Shown here in pieces: positions 28,100 through 38,306 of a stretch of 64,000 bases of DNA (positions within the stretch are counted from its first letter, which is position 1; each line of letters starts with the position of its first letter). The notes beneath the pieces are model-generated. The model saw nothing but the letters and a program-made list of their open reading frames with translations. It was not told the origin of the DNA and searched no databases. The position numbers were made by a program, and so were the translations under genes. The stretch spans positions 1 through 64,000 of the forward strand of contig CAXXXF010000003.1 of assembly GCA_963667175.2 (NCBI GenBank), in the 5' to 3' direction. This DNA comes from Candidatus Latescibacterota bacterium (GTDB lineage Bacteria; Latescibacterota; UBA2968; GCA-2709665).

Positions 28100-31000
28100 A
28101 TGCCGCCGCGGAGGATGTCCCTCAAGAATCTCAGGAAACCCAAACCGCTCTACCCGGACACCGTCCTCGTCGAGGCCGGGCTGCCGGCGGCCGCCATCGT
28201 GCGTCCGTCGGATGACCGGTACGGCGCCGTTGCCGAGACTATCCGGGGGAAAATCCACGACCTCACGGGCGCGAAGCTGCCGGTGATCGACCACAGCGCC
28301 GCTGCAAAGACGCCCCGAAGGCACCTCATCCTGCTGGGAAACGTAAACACCAACAGGGTGGTCTTCCGGCTGTACGGCTACAGCTATACTCCGGCAGACG
28401 ACCACTACCCCGGCGCGGGCGGCCACCTTCTCCATACCATCCACGATCCCTGGGGCAACGGCAGGAACGCCGTGGGCCTCTTCGGCAGCGACGTCACCGG
28501 GGTGGAAACGGCCACAAGCCTCTTTCTGGACCGCCTGGCGGCGGGGCTTACGCTGACCCTCGGATCCATGTTCGACGTAACGTGGGGTCCGGATGCCCGG
28601 CGCGACGCCGGGGTCCCGGATGAACCGGACCTGGACGCCGAGATGGCGGAAGCCGAAGAAGACCTCGCACATGGCTCCCATACCGGTCTTTGGAGCAGGA
28701 TCGGACAGCGAGGCCTGCTCTACGGGCTTACCGGAAACGACGTCTACGCTGAAATCTACAAACGACTGGTCTACCGGATGTACGAGCATGTCCTGTCCGA
28801 CCCGGACAACTACGGCAGCGTATGGGGTTTCGACGCGGACTTCGCGCTGCAATACGTGATGCCGGGCTGGGACCTCGTGGAAGAGAGTTCCGCCGTCTCC
28901 TCAGAGGACCGGCTGCGGATCACCCGCATCCTCTACGAGTTTGTTTCGGATTGCGTATCGCACGTGGGTGACGTCGAGAACGATCGCGTACGCCACAACC
29001 ACGCAACGTACGCCGCGCTGGGCCTTCACTATGCGGGCGCTTATTTCAGGAAATACTACAGGGCCACGCAGGCCTACCGTTGGCTGGCTCTGTCGGAGAA
29101 GTGTTTCGGTGTGCAGGTCAACGCGTTCAAGCCGTACGAGGACTGCGGCCACTACCATTGGCGCACCCACTTCCACGCGATGCGATACACGCTGAGTACC
29201 GGCGACATGACGTTTTTCGATACGGGAAATGCGCAGCGCGCCGGCGACTACGCCATCCTGACAACGGACAACCTGGGCTGCGCCGTGCCCAACGGGGACA
29301 CGGCCTCCCCGTTCGGCACGTGGACCGAAATGCCCTACCTGCGCGCCATGGTCTGCGTAACCGGCGACGGCCGCTACCAGTGGATGCTCGACAAGAAGAA
29401 AGACATGGCGCCGCGCCCCCACCCTTACGAACACAGCCGCGACGTGGAACCCGTTGAACCCATGGACCTGGAGGGGGCGCAGGTCTATCCGTTAGACCCC
29501 GGGTATTACGATTCAACAAACGGCAGCGACCACCTGCCTCTGAACAAGACGTTCGACAAGGTCGTCTTCCGGGACGGGTTTGATCCTGAAAACCAGTATC
29601 TGTTTCTCGACGGCCTGTCCAACGGCGGCCACAAGCATTACGACGGCAACTCGATCTGCCGTCTGACCCAGAACAACCGCATCTGGCTGGCCGATTGCGA
29701 TTATATCAAATCGCTGCCCAAATTCCACAACGGGGTCCTCATCTTCAAGGAAGGACAATCCGCCGAAATCCCCCCGTTCGTGGAACTCGAACGGTTTTCC
29801 GCGAACCGGGACAGCGGTTTCTCCCAGACCACCCTCGGCTCCTACAGCGGCGTGGACTGGCGCCGGAACATCCTGTGGAACCGGGGGGTCTTTTTCCTGG
29901 TCGTCGACGAGATGGAGGCCCTGGAAGAAGCGGAATACAGTTTCCGCGCCGTCTGGCAGACGCTGGGCGAGGTAACCCTACGCAAGGGCGGCCTGGCGGT
30001 GGAGCAGAACGGCGAGCAATTCTTCATCCACGGCCTGCCGGGACCGCGGCTCAGGCTCGAGGACGATCCGGTTACAGGTAAGAACTGGGACCGATACGAA
30101 CACGCCGAACCGATCGTGCGCATCCTCCAGCAGATCGCCGACGTGCGTCTCGGAAAAGGGGAATCCTATCGGTTTTTCAACCTGCTCTGTTGCAGCCCCC
30201 TGAAGCTCGCTATGACACAGGTCGCCGCGAATGCCGTACGCATCGACGGGGGTCCGGAAACCGTCTTTGCCGGCGTCAGCGAGACCCGCGTTGCGGCGGC
30301 GCTTCCGTCCGGCCCCTCCGTCGCGGCGGCTCAGTTTCAGATATCTCCCCGTTCATTCTCCATTGTCGACGGCACGGGAGTCTCGTGGGAAGATACCGCG
30401 TTCAAGAGCGATCGCCCGGTGAGTCTCGAATACGATCTGTCGGCCGCACAGGGCACGCTTGCCACCTCCGGACCGACGACGATCACGCTGACCGCGGGAA
30501 GCGGGACGCAGGTCGAACTGGACGGCAAGCCGATCGCCGCCGACGCCTCGAACGGCGCCGTCACGTTCCGCGCGCCGGAGGGTAAGCGTCGGATCGCGTT
30601 GATTCCACCGGCCCTCGCGGGAATCCGCCGCGCCGCGGTAACGTCTGATGCGCCCGAATTTGCCCCACCGTTTCGCACGACACGCCGGGAACGCCGGGTT
30701 CCCGACCTCCGAATGGTCTGGTCGCACCGGGCGGACGGTGCATTCCTTTCCCTGCAAGCCGCGGACCTGGACGGCGATGGCGAAGATGAAGTCATCGCGG
30801 GCGGACGTTCGCAGTCCATCCATGCGTATAAGGGCGGAGGCGAACTCTGGCGATTTCCAACCGGAGGCGCCGTGCGTTCCGTCTGTGCGGCGGACCTGGA
30901 GAACGACGGCCGGTTCGAAATCATCGCTGGTTCGGAAGACACCCGGGTGTACGTCCTCGACGCGACCGGAACGTTGAGGTGGAGCTACGAGGTTCCATTC

Positions 31001-31786
31001 TACTTTCAGGACCCGGTCGTGCGCTCCGTTTTCACCGGCGACATCAACGGCGACGGCAACCTCGAGGTCATCGCCGCCGTGGAATCCTGGCGATATCACG
31101 CCCTCACCCACGAGGGCGAGGAACTCTGGCGCCAGATGACCGTTCGCCCGTCGTCCACCGGCTGCGCCGCGGACCTGGACGGTGACGGACGCGACGAGGT
31201 GATCGCCGGGACCGACTACCACCGGTGGCACTGCATCGACGGCAACGGTGAGATCCGGTGGTCCTACCATCCGGCCACGGGCCCGCGCGCAAACAGCGCG
31301 GCCGCCGGGGACGTCGACGGCGACGGGCTGAAGGAAGTCGCGTTCGCCGGCGCGGACACGCACATCCACCTCCTCAAAGCCGACGGCGCGCTTATCTCGC
31401 AATTCAACACCGGCGATGAAGTCACCCGCGTCCTGATGGCCGACATGGACGGCGACGGGCTGGACGAAATTGTCGCCTCGTCCATGAGCTTCAACGTCTA
31501 CGTCGTCAAAGGCGACGGCAAGACCCTCCACTGGCGCACCGATCTCGGTGAAGTCGTCAATTGCATCGCCGCGGCCGATTTCGACGGCGATGGAAAACCC
31601 GAAATCGCGGCAGGCGTCGAGGACGGGACGGTATACCTCCTCGGCAATGCGGATGGACGTCCGGTCGGCCGATATAAGACAGGCGGACCGATTCTGGATA
31701 TCGTCGCCGCGGACGTCGACGGGGACGGCATCCCCGAAATCGCCGTCTGTTCAGAGGACGGATTCCTGCACGTCTTCAAGGCGTAA
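28100..31786 (+). CDS. 1228-aa lyase-like protein: alpha/alpha toroid + heparinase II/III-like region fused to an FG-GAP beta-propeller
   Basis: HNH, YEDCGHY, PNGD, GHKHYDGNS, FHNGVLI motifs; about nine D-x-D-G-D-G-type repeats in the last ~330 aa. Confidence 0.75.
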   Translation: MPPRRMSLKNLRKPKPLYPDTVLVEAGLPAAAIVRPSDDRYGAVAETIRGKIHDLTGAKLPVIDHSAAAKTPRRHLILLGNVNTNRVVFRLYGYSYTPADDHYPGAGGHLLHTIHDPWGNGRNAVGLFGSDVTGVETATSLFLDRLAAGLTLTLGSMFDVTWGPDARRDAGVPDEPDLDAEMAEAEEDLAHGSHTGLWSRIGQRGLLYGLTGNDVYAEIYKRLVYRMYEHVLSDPDNYGSVWGFDADFALQYVMPGWDLVEESSAVSSEDRLRITRILYEFVSDCVSHVGDVENDRVRHNHATYAALGLHYAGAYFRKYYRATQAYRWLALSEKCFGVQVNAFKPYEDCGHYHWRTHFHAMRYTLSTGDMTFFDTGNAQRAGDYAILTTDNLGCAVPNGDTASPFGTWTEMPYLRAMVCVTGDGRYQWMLDKKKDMAPRPHPYEHSRDVEPVEPMDLEGAQVYPLDPGYYDSTNGSDHLPLNKTFDKVVFRDGFDPENQYLFLDGLSNGGHKHYDGNSICRLTQNNRIWLADCDYIKSLPKFHNGVLIFKEGQSAEIPPFVELERFSANRDSGFSQTTLGSYSGVDWRRNILWNRGVFFLVVDEMEALEEAEYSFRAVWQTLGEVTLRKGGLAVEQNGEQFFIHGLPGPRLRLEDDPVTGKNWDRYEHAEPIVRILQQIADVRLGKGESYRFFNLLCCSPLKLAMTQVAANAVRIDGGPETVFAGVSETRVAAALPSGPSVAAAQFQISPRSFSIVDGTGVSWEDTAFKSDRPVSLEYDLSAAQGTLATSGPTTITLTAGSGTQVELDGKPIAADASNGAVTFRAPEGKRRIALIPPALAGIRRAAVTSDAPEFAPPFRTTRRERRVPDLRMVWSHRADGAFLSLQAADLDGDGEDEVIAGGRSQSIHAYKGGGELWRFPTGGAVRSVCAADLENDGRFEIIAGSEDTRVYVLDATGTLRWSYEVPFYFQDPVVRSVFTGDINGDGNLEVIAAVESWRYHALTHEGEELWRQMTVRPSSTGCAADLDGDGRDEVIAGTDYHRWHCIDGNGEIRWSYHPATGPRANSAAAGDVDGDGLKEVAFAGADTHIHLLKADGALISQFNTGDEVTRVLMADMDGDGLDEIVASSMSFNVYVVKGDGKTLHWRTDLGEVVNCIAAADFDGDGKPEIAAGVEDGTVYLLGNADGRPVGRYKTGGPILDIVAADVDGDGIPEIAVCSEDGFLHVFKA

Positions 31787-31900
31787 CGGAACCTGCCCAT
31801 CGACTTTTTCGGTAACGTGCGCGTCGATCGCCGCACGGCATTGAATTCACCTCACACGCTTCGATTCCCGCCGGTCATCCTCATATCAAAGGAAATCACC

Positions 31901-33115
31901 ATGAAAATCACCGACATTGAGATCATCCCGATCTACCCGAAGATCGCCACGCGGAATGCCGATCAGAAGACCCGCTTCATCAACCTGAACCATCGGACCA
32001 TTTTCAAGATCACGACGGACAACGGCATCGTCGGGTACGGCGACGCGCGTTGCGAGGCCCCCGACAGGTCCACCGTCGAGCACGTCGTGGGGCGCGATCC
32101 CTTCGACTTCATCAACGCCAATCTGAATTCCGGCCTGATGGGGGCGCTGTACGACGCCATGGGCAAGCATCTCGAGATACCCGCGTACAAACTCATGGGC
32201 CAGAAGATCCGCGACCGGGTGCCCGTGGCGGCGTGGACCCGCCCCGCGTCGCCGGAAGACCTGGCAAAAGACGTGGTGCGCGCCGTCGACCAGGGATATA
32301 TGATCTTCAAGATCCATACCTGCGCCTATTACGACGTTTTCGAACAGACTCGGGCCGTGGAGGAGGTGGCGCCGCCGGGATTCAAGATGCACTACGACTT
32401 CAATCACAACCGGCCGCTTGCCGCCGTCCTTCGCATCCTGAAGGAACTGGAGGGCTCACCCGTGGTGGGGATGATCGAGGACCCCCTCGTTCTGTCCGAC
32501 GTGGAAGGGTGGCGCCTGCTGCGGCAGAAGACCAGCTTTCCCCTTCTCATGCATGTCCCGCAACTTGGCGGCGGGCAGGAGATAATCCGGGGTTGCGCGG
32601 ACGCCTACATGATCGGAGAAGGCGGGATCGGTCCCACCCTCGTGCGCGGTTTTGCGGCCGGCCTGGCCAACCTGTCCTCGGTGATCCAGCTCACGGGCGG
32701 CACGCTGACCAAGGCGATGGCCCTGCATATGGGCGCCGTGATTCCGAACGTGGCCCATTGCACGAACCTGGACGATCAGTACGACGAAGACGTTGTCAAA
32801 CAGCGGATCGAGGTTGCGGCCGGTTCGTCTCCGATCCCCGAGGGCCCCGGCCTCGGCATCGAGGTCGACGAAGACGCCCTGGCCGCGTGCGCGGCCAACA
32901 AACCCACCGTGATCCCGACCACAATCGGCATCCTGCACCTGCCCGGCGGGAACAGGCTCTACACGAAAGGTTTCCCGAACGTGCCCCGTGTTACGGGCTT
33001 TCCCGAAGGAAATACCCGGGGCATCCGGCTGGAGGTGTGGGAGGAGGACGGTACGGACGCGTTTCAAAGGACACTGCAACGGCTCGAAGACCAGGGGCCG
33101 TTCATGGAGAAATAG
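31901..33115 (+). CDS. Mandelate racemase/enolase-superfamily enzyme (probable acid-sugar dehydratase)
   Basis: MKITDIE, ALYDAMGKHLEIPAYKLMG, KxH (FKIH), DFN, EDP, PEGPGLGIEVDE. Confidence 0.88.
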   Translation: MKITDIEIIPIYPKIATRNADQKTRFINLNHRTIFKITTDNGIVGYGDARCEAPDRSTVEHVVGRDPFDFINANLNSGLMGALYDAMGKHLEIPAYKLMGQKIRDRVPVAAWTRPASPEDLAKDVVRAVDQGYMIFKIHTCAYYDVFEQTRAVEEVAPPGFKMHYDFNHNRPLAAVLRILKELEGSPVVGMIEDPLVLSDVEGWRLLRQKTSFPLLMHVPQLGGGQEIIRGCADAYMIGEGGIGPTLVRGFAAGLANLSSVIQLTGGTLTKAMALHMGAVIPNVAHCTNLDDQYDEDVVKQRIEVAAGSSPIPEGPGLGIEVDEDALAACAANKPTVIPTTIGILHLPGGNRLYTKGFPNVPRVTGFPEGNTRGIRLEVWEEDGTDAFQRTLQRLEDQGPFMEK

Positions 33116-33157
33116 ACGTTCAGTTCGCCCCGGCGCCCGGAGACATCGACCTTCCTT

Positions 33158-35908
33158 GTGATTGAACGCCCGGGCAGAATCGTTCGAACAGGAGTTGCCA
33201 TGCCGCTTCTCAACGTAGAGAACGCACGCGAAAACCTGCGTCGCCATTCCTGGGCTCAGGCCATCGTCGAAGGCTGGAAGAGAGAGGTCGACTACCTCAT
33301 CCGCCAGGACCGGGAATTCGTGGATGCGATGGTGTCCGAGCTCACCCCGTGGCCCGAGTACGGTCAGAACTGCCCGGTCTGCGTGAACCGCCTCTCTTCC
33401 ATGGGAGAAACCGGAATTTACGACTGGGACCCGACCGATCCGGACCGGCTGATCTGCAGATACTGCAAAACCGAGTACCCCAACGAAGACTATCCCGAGA
33501 CCGGCAGCGTGACGGCGCCCAGAATGAACCAGACCTTCACCTTCTATCTCACCGATGCGGAGCGCGCACACCCGGAAGACCGGTCTGGCGAACACGCGTT
33601 CAAATGGGTCCGGACCCCCGTGCACACAAGCTGGACCGGCGTCATCCGTTCAAAGAAATGCCGCTGGTGCTGGGAACAGATACTTCCTCTCGCCAAGTTG
33701 TACGCCCTCACCGGCGACGTGCGGTACGCCCGGCGGAGCGCATGGATCATGGATTGTATGGCGCGGCGGTATCCCAACTGGCTGTTCCATTCCTACGACG
33801 GCACGGTTGCGGACTGCCCGCCGGCGGAGGCCGCGGCATCCATGGGCAGGTTTCCTCCCGCCGGCCGGTTTCCACCTGAATCGATCATCTCCGCGTTCGA
33901 AGGCCGGCACCGGGTGGGTGATCACGCGGTACTCAACAACGGATTCTGGGGCGCCGGACGCGTCGGGTGCAGCGGGTCCGACGGCTGGTACATTCTCCGG
34001 GTCGTAATGGCCTACGACCTGATCTGGAGCGCCCGCGATGCGGACGGTTCGCCCGTCATCACGCCGGAAATGGACCGGCGCATCGTGGACGACCTGATCC
34101 TGGCGGGTTGCGCGGACACCGAAAACTGGAACGACATCAACAACAAATGCGGCCCTGGGAGGGCGCTCAGTGCCGCGGTGGGCATTCTGTTCGGGAAACC
34201 GGAGAGTGTCCGCCGCGCCATCGAGGGTTTTGAAGCCCTCATGGACGACGCCTTCCACTTCGACGGCTTCTGCACGGAATCTCCGAGTTATTCCAGCATG
34301 CATCTCAATCAGTTGCGGGAAATACCCGAACTGTTGAATGGATATTCCGACCCCGAAGGATACGTGCCGAAGTCAGGCTCCGTATTGAAGGACCTGGATC
34401 CGTTTCAACACTTCGACCGCTATAGTCTCGCCTTGGAGAGCATGGTCCGCATGCTGGACCCGAACCTGGAAGAGCCGGTCATCGGAGACTCCAGGGAAGG
34501 CAGTAGTGTCGACCCCATCTACGCCGAGGTCCTGGCCGCCCGTTACGGAAGCCGCTACGCCGGCCTGCTGGAGAAGTCTCAGGGGGCCCCGCTGTCCGAA
34601 AAAGGCGCCGAATACGCCCTGTGGAACCGGGACCCGGATCTGAAAGCGGACGAGGACGCCCGTTTGCCGCACCGTACCGAATGGTTCCCGGGCTGGCACG
34701 TCGGTGTTTTGCGGGGGGGTAACCCCGGAGGCCATACGGCATTTTACCTTAACGGATATGCCTATGGGGGCCACCGCCACGCGGACACCCTCGGGATCAT
34801 CTACGTCTCGAACGGGAAGGAAATGGCGGCGGACAGAGGCTATATCTGGGATGACCCCAGAAACGCGTGGACCGGCAGCACGCTCGCCCACAACATCGTC
34901 ACCGTCGACGGTCAGAACCAGGCCAGAAACAACATGCCGTCCGTGCTGGAACTCTTCGGCTGTGGCGCGGGAATCGAAGTCGTCCAGGCATCCGCCGCGC
35001 CGTACCCGCAATGCGATCAATACAGGCGCACCTGCGTCCTGGTTCAGGTGCCGGGCGATCAGACCTACGCTGTCGATCTATTCCGGGTCGGCGGCGGCAG
35101 CCTCCACCAGTACGGCTTCCACAGCAACGGCCGCCTCACCAGCATTTCCGGCGCCGATCCGATGCCGGTTGACGAACACATCGAGTGGCTGGACAACATC
35201 CGCGCCGACCGGCCCCGGGAGCCATTTACCGCAACCTGGGACAACCAGGGCGTGCGCATCGACCTCACCCTGCTCAACCCCATCCATCGTCTGCTACTCG
35301 TGGACGCGCCGGGCTGGCGCTCGGACCTGGGCGAAGACCTCAACGCCCCGCCCGTCCAGCAGGTTCTGGCGGAACGTGGGGACGATTCGCACCTGACCAG
35401 CCGGTATGCCGCGGTGATTTCACCGTACGTCGACCGTTCGCCCGTCCTGTCGTCCCGCCTCCTGCTGGACGATTCGGACACCGGCGCGATGGCCGTTGCC
35501 GTCTGCCGCGAGGGATGCACGGACTACATCCTCTCCGCGCCCGACGGCGGCGCGCACAATGTCGGTCCCCTGTCGATTACCGGTCAATTCGCATTCGCGT
35601 CGGTGGATGACGGCGGCGCGCTGCTGCGCGCGTATCTGCTGCGCGGAACTGAACTCAAATGCAACGGGCAGGCGCTGACGCTGGACAGGTCGGAGGTCTC
35701 CCTGGAGGTCGCCCGCGTTTCAGACCGCACCTATACCCTTCACAATGCCGTGCCCGATCCTGAAACTCTTCCCGGGACCTACCTTCTGTGCGGCGATACC
35801 GGATACGAAATCGAGGCCGCCACCGAATTATCCATCACAGTCCGCGATTACCCTGCCACCGAATGCGACACCGTCACGTTGCTGAAGAGCGCAGAAAAGC
35901 AGCAATAA
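33158..35908 (+). CDS. Heparinase II/III-family protein with N-terminal CxxC...CxxC insertion
   Basis: DGFCTESPSY, PVIGD, GHRHADTL, DRGY, AHNIVTVDG; CPVC and CRYC near the N-terminus. Alternative ATG at 33200. Confidence 0.8.
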   Translation: MIERPGRIVRTGVAMPLLNVENARENLRRHSWAQAIVEGWKREVDYLIRQDREFVDAMVSELTPWPEYGQNCPVCVNRLSSMGETGIYDWDPTDPDRLICRYCKTEYPNEDYPETGSVTAPRMNQTFTFYLTDAERAHPEDRSGEHAFKWVRTPVHTSWTGVIRSKKCRWCWEQILPLAKLYALTGDVRYARRSAWIMDCMARRYPNWLFHSYDGTVADCPPAEAAASMGRFPPAGRFPPESIISAFEGRHRVGDHAVLNNGFWGAGRVGCSGSDGWYILRVVMAYDLIWSARDADGSPVITPEMDRRIVDDLILAGCADTENWNDINNKCGPGRALSAAVGILFGKPESVRRAIEGFEALMDDAFHFDGFCTESPSYSSMHLNQLREIPELLNGYSDPEGYVPKSGSVLKDLDPFQHFDRYSLALESMVRMLDPNLEEPVIGDSREGSSVDPIYAEVLAARYGSRYAGLLEKSQGAPLSEKGAEYALWNRDPDLKADEDARLPHRTEWFPGWHVGVLRGGNPGGHTAFYLNGYAYGGHRHADTLGIIYVSNGKEMAADRGYIWDDPRNAWTGSTLAHNIVTVDGQNQARNNMPSVLELFGCGAGIEVVQASAAPYPQCDQYRRTCVLVQVPGDQTYAVDLFRVGGGSLHQYGFHSNGRLTSISGADPMPVDEHIEWLDNIRADRPREPFTATWDNQGVRIDLTLLNPIHRLLLVDAPGWRSDLGEDLNAPPVQQVLAERGDDSHLTSRYAAVISPYVDRSPVLSSRLLLDDSDTGAMAVAVCREGCTDYILSAPDGGAHNVGPLSITGQFAFASVDDGGALLRAYLLRGTELKCNGQALTLDRSEVSLEVARVSDRTYTLHNAVPDPETLPGTYLLCGDTGYEIEAATELSITVRDYPATECDTVTLLKSAEKQQ

Positions 35909-35945
35909 GCCATCAGCTCTCAGCAATCGGCTTGAATCAGAAGCA
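35893..35945 (+). repeat. Heptamer repeat copy overlapping the stop codon
   Basis: AGAAAAGCAGCAATAAGCCATCAGCTCTCAGCAATCGGCTTGAA. Confidence 0.75.
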
Positions 35946-36009
35946 AAAAGCGAAAAAACAACCCGTCGATATCAGCGTCCTCATGTGGCAAAAACGGACG
36001 GAACGCAGA

Positions 36010-36116
36010 CCTCTCCCCCCGGCCCCCTCTCCCGGAGGGAAAGGGGGAGAAAACCAGGAGACCCAGAGCGGTTCACAATTCCCCCTTCCCCCCGGGAAGG
36101 GGGATAGGGGGTAGGT
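36010..36116. repeat. Inverted pair of C/G-rich REP-like hairpins (REPIN-like)
   Basis: CCCCCTCTCCCGGAGGGAAAGGGGG and CCCCCTTCCCCCCGGGAAGGGGG, between convergent genes. Confidence 0.7.
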
Positions 36117-36166
36117 CTCGCGCCCGATGTGTGCTCCACCGAAGACTCCCTGTCGCGGTTCCTTCG

Positions 36167-37015
36167 CTACAGACTAACAAAACCTGACAGTGCCCGTTTT
36201 TGTCCGGCCACGTCCAGGATCCTGCGTATGATCAGGCTTTCTCTCCGGTCGATCGCGGGCTTCCCCGTCTCGAACAGATCCAGCACGGCCTCTGCGGTAT
36301 TCAGAAAGATACGGCTGGAGTCCACCTGAAAATGCCGGGTCGCGGCGGCGGTGGTCACGGATGCCGCAAACGCCGTGCTCGAGCCCGTATACACATTCAC
36401 GACGGCCGTGCGACCGTCCGAAAAATCCAGCAGCAACTGCGACTGCTTCCCGCTGCCCCTCCGCATCATCCGCCGCACGTTCGGCCCCATACAGCTGATG
36501 GCCAGCTCAAGGGGATGGATCGCGTATTCACCGAACGACCTCCCGCCGCCCCAGGTGACCATGTGCCGGACCTGCCGGCGCCCGACCTCCTGCACGTAAT
36601 CCTGGACTTCGGTATAGCGCAGCGCGGACGTGGTCTGCATTGGCGCCCGATGCTGGTCCGCCAGCGCAAAGATACGCCTCGCGGTATTCAGATCCGGCGC
36701 GAAGGTTTTGTCTACGTACGTCGGTTTGCCGAACGGAAAAACCTGCCGGCACAACTCAAGGTGCGTTTCCGGCGTCGACGGCGCCAGCACCACATAGGTG
36801 TCCACCGCCTCGTTCAACGCGGCCGTATCCGAGAAGTAGGGGACGCCGTTCGCCTCGGCCCACGTTCTTCCGGCTTTCGGACGCATTCCCGTGCACCCCG
36901 CCACGACAAATCCGCGGTGCTTCAATTCATTCCGAAGAAGCTTCAGGTAGACGTTGGAATGAAAGTTCTCCAGGTTGTCGTCCACAAACCCGATCCGCTT
37001 TTGTCCTTCCGGCAT
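36167..37015 (-). CDS. Gfo/Idh/MocA-family oxidoreductase
   Basis: YVDKTFA, TTSALRY, YAIHPLE motifs. Confidence 0.8.
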   Translation of the reverse strand: MPEGQKRIGFVDDNLENFHSNVYLKLLRNELKHRGFVVAGCTGMRPKAGRTWAEANGVPYFSDTAALNEAVDTYVVLAPSTPETHLELCRQVFPFGKPTYVDKTFAPDLNTARRIFALADQHRAPMQTTSALRYTEVQDYVQEVGRRQVRHMVTWGGGRSFGEYAIHPLELAISCMGPNVRRMMRRGSGKQSQLLLDFSDGRTAVVNVYTGSSTAFAASVTTAAATRHFQVDSSRIFLNTAEAVLDLFETGKPAIDRRESLIIRRILDVAGQKRALSGFVSL

Positions 37016-37118
37016 TCGTCTGTTCCCCGTTCCAAAACAGTTGTCATGCCCCTTTGGGCGCCCATAATGATGAAAAACGTTGCATTGCCAGGCTGACGTG
37101 CAGTATTGTCGTTTTGCG

Positions 37119-37148
37119 CCTGCCTGCGCGTGTACGCACGCAGACAGG
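37119..37148. repeat. 30-bp CCTGCCTGCG...CGCAGACAGG mini-hairpin
   Basis: CCTGCCTGCGCGTGTACGCACGCAGACAGG in an intergenic region. Confidence 0.8.
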
Positions 37149-37170
37149 CCTCTTGTGGCAATTGATTTCA

Positions 37171-37212
37171 GCCACGGATTTTTCGTTTTTTTCGCGTGTT
37201 TCGTAGTTTCTA
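37171..37212. repeat. Nonamer-type tandem tract
   Basis: TTTTCGTTTTTTTCGCGTGTTTCGTAGTTTCT, closely matching the tract near 62285-62323. Confidence 0.65.
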
Positions 37213-37233
37213 ATGTTCTTGTCTAAGTAGCTT

Positions 37234-38268
37234 CTAAGGCCACTCGGGCGCGGCAGCCACCTGTACGATTCCGCCTCGATCCACGGACTGGTGCAGCGCA
37301 TCCAAAACAGCCGTTGCGCGCCACCCGTCCAGCGCCGTCACGAAAGGCGCCCGATCCTCGATCACGGCATCCACAAAGCTGTTCACGCACGACGGAAACG
37401 CACCCACCCATCTGTCGAACACTTTATAGTTCAGCAATGACCGCGGCCATTTGAACTTCTCTTCGGTACTCATCTCGATCGCCTCGGCCTTCCGGTCCAG
37501 ACTCACGTGTCCCTTCTCGCCGATGACCTGCATAAACGAGTCGGGCATCGACGGATGGGTATCGGGATAGATCCACGCCGACTCGAACGTGGCGATGGAT
37601 CCGCCGTCGAACTTCACGAGCCCCTGCAGCATGTCGTACGTATCGATGCCCCTGGCGGCCAGCACCTGTTTGATTCCATAGCCGTGGACCTCCACCGGAC
37701 TCTGATCGAACCACCAGCAGATCAGGTCGATATCGTGCGCCGAGAGAAACCAGGCGGGAGAGGACTGAGCCGACCACGGCAGCATCTCCGTCGGGACGGA
37801 GATCGGGTTGTTCTTGCGCGCGTACGCCATGAGCGGTCTGCCGATGTCCCCTTCGCGAATCATATTCCACGTGGCATTGTACGGCGCCAGCCACCGGTGG
37901 TTATACGAGACCTGAAGCTTCCGTCCGGTGCTCTTCACCTTCTCCACGATTTCGGTGGCCTCCTCAAGATCGGTTGTCATCGGCTTTTCCACGTGCACGT
38001 GGCAGCCTGCCTCCAGGCACGCGATGACGGGATCGCGGTGCGCCCAGTCCGGCGTGGCGATGTAGACCATATCCAGGGATTCCCTCTCCAGCATCTCCCG
38101 GTAGTCCGCGTAACCGGCGGAAACCGAATACTCCGCCTGCGCCTTGCGGAGCTTGGCTTCGTCCAGCGTACAAAACGCCGTCAGCTCCGCCAGCGGATTC
38201 CGGTGCAGGACCTGTGTCACGCTGCTGCCCATAATGCCAAGCCCGATCACACCCACGCGCTGCGCCAT
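37234..38268 (-). CDS. Gfo/Idh/MocA-family oxidoreductase
   Basis: GVIGLGIMG, ATPDWAH, VEKPM, HDID motifs. Confidence 0.92.
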   Translation of the reverse strand: MAQRVGVIGLGIMGSSVTQVLHRNPLAELTAFCTLDEAKLRKAQAEYSVSAGYADYREMLERESLDMVYIATPDWAHRDPVIACLEAGCHVHVEKPMTTDLEEATEIVEKVKSTGRKLQVSYNHRWLAPYNATWNMIREGDIGRPLMAYARKNNPISVPTEMLPWSAQSSPAWFLSAHDIDLICWWFDQSPVEVHGYGIKQVLAARGIDTYDMLQGLVKFDGGSIATFESAWIYPDTHPSMPDSFMQVIGEKGHVSLDRKAEAIEMSTEEKFKWPRSLLNYKVFDRWVGAFPSCVNSFVDAVIEDRAPFVTALDGWRATAVLDALHQSVDRGGIVQVAAAPEWP

Positions 38269-38306
38269 CTGCTTCCCTCCTCAACTCTGAGTTGTACGTC
38301 GTTTTA

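Noticed and set aside
26876-28852. 658-aa minus-strand ORF and other long antisense ORFs (e.g. 39762-41267, 52805-54454)
   Set aside because: Shadows of well-supported genes in high-GC DNA; no motifs.
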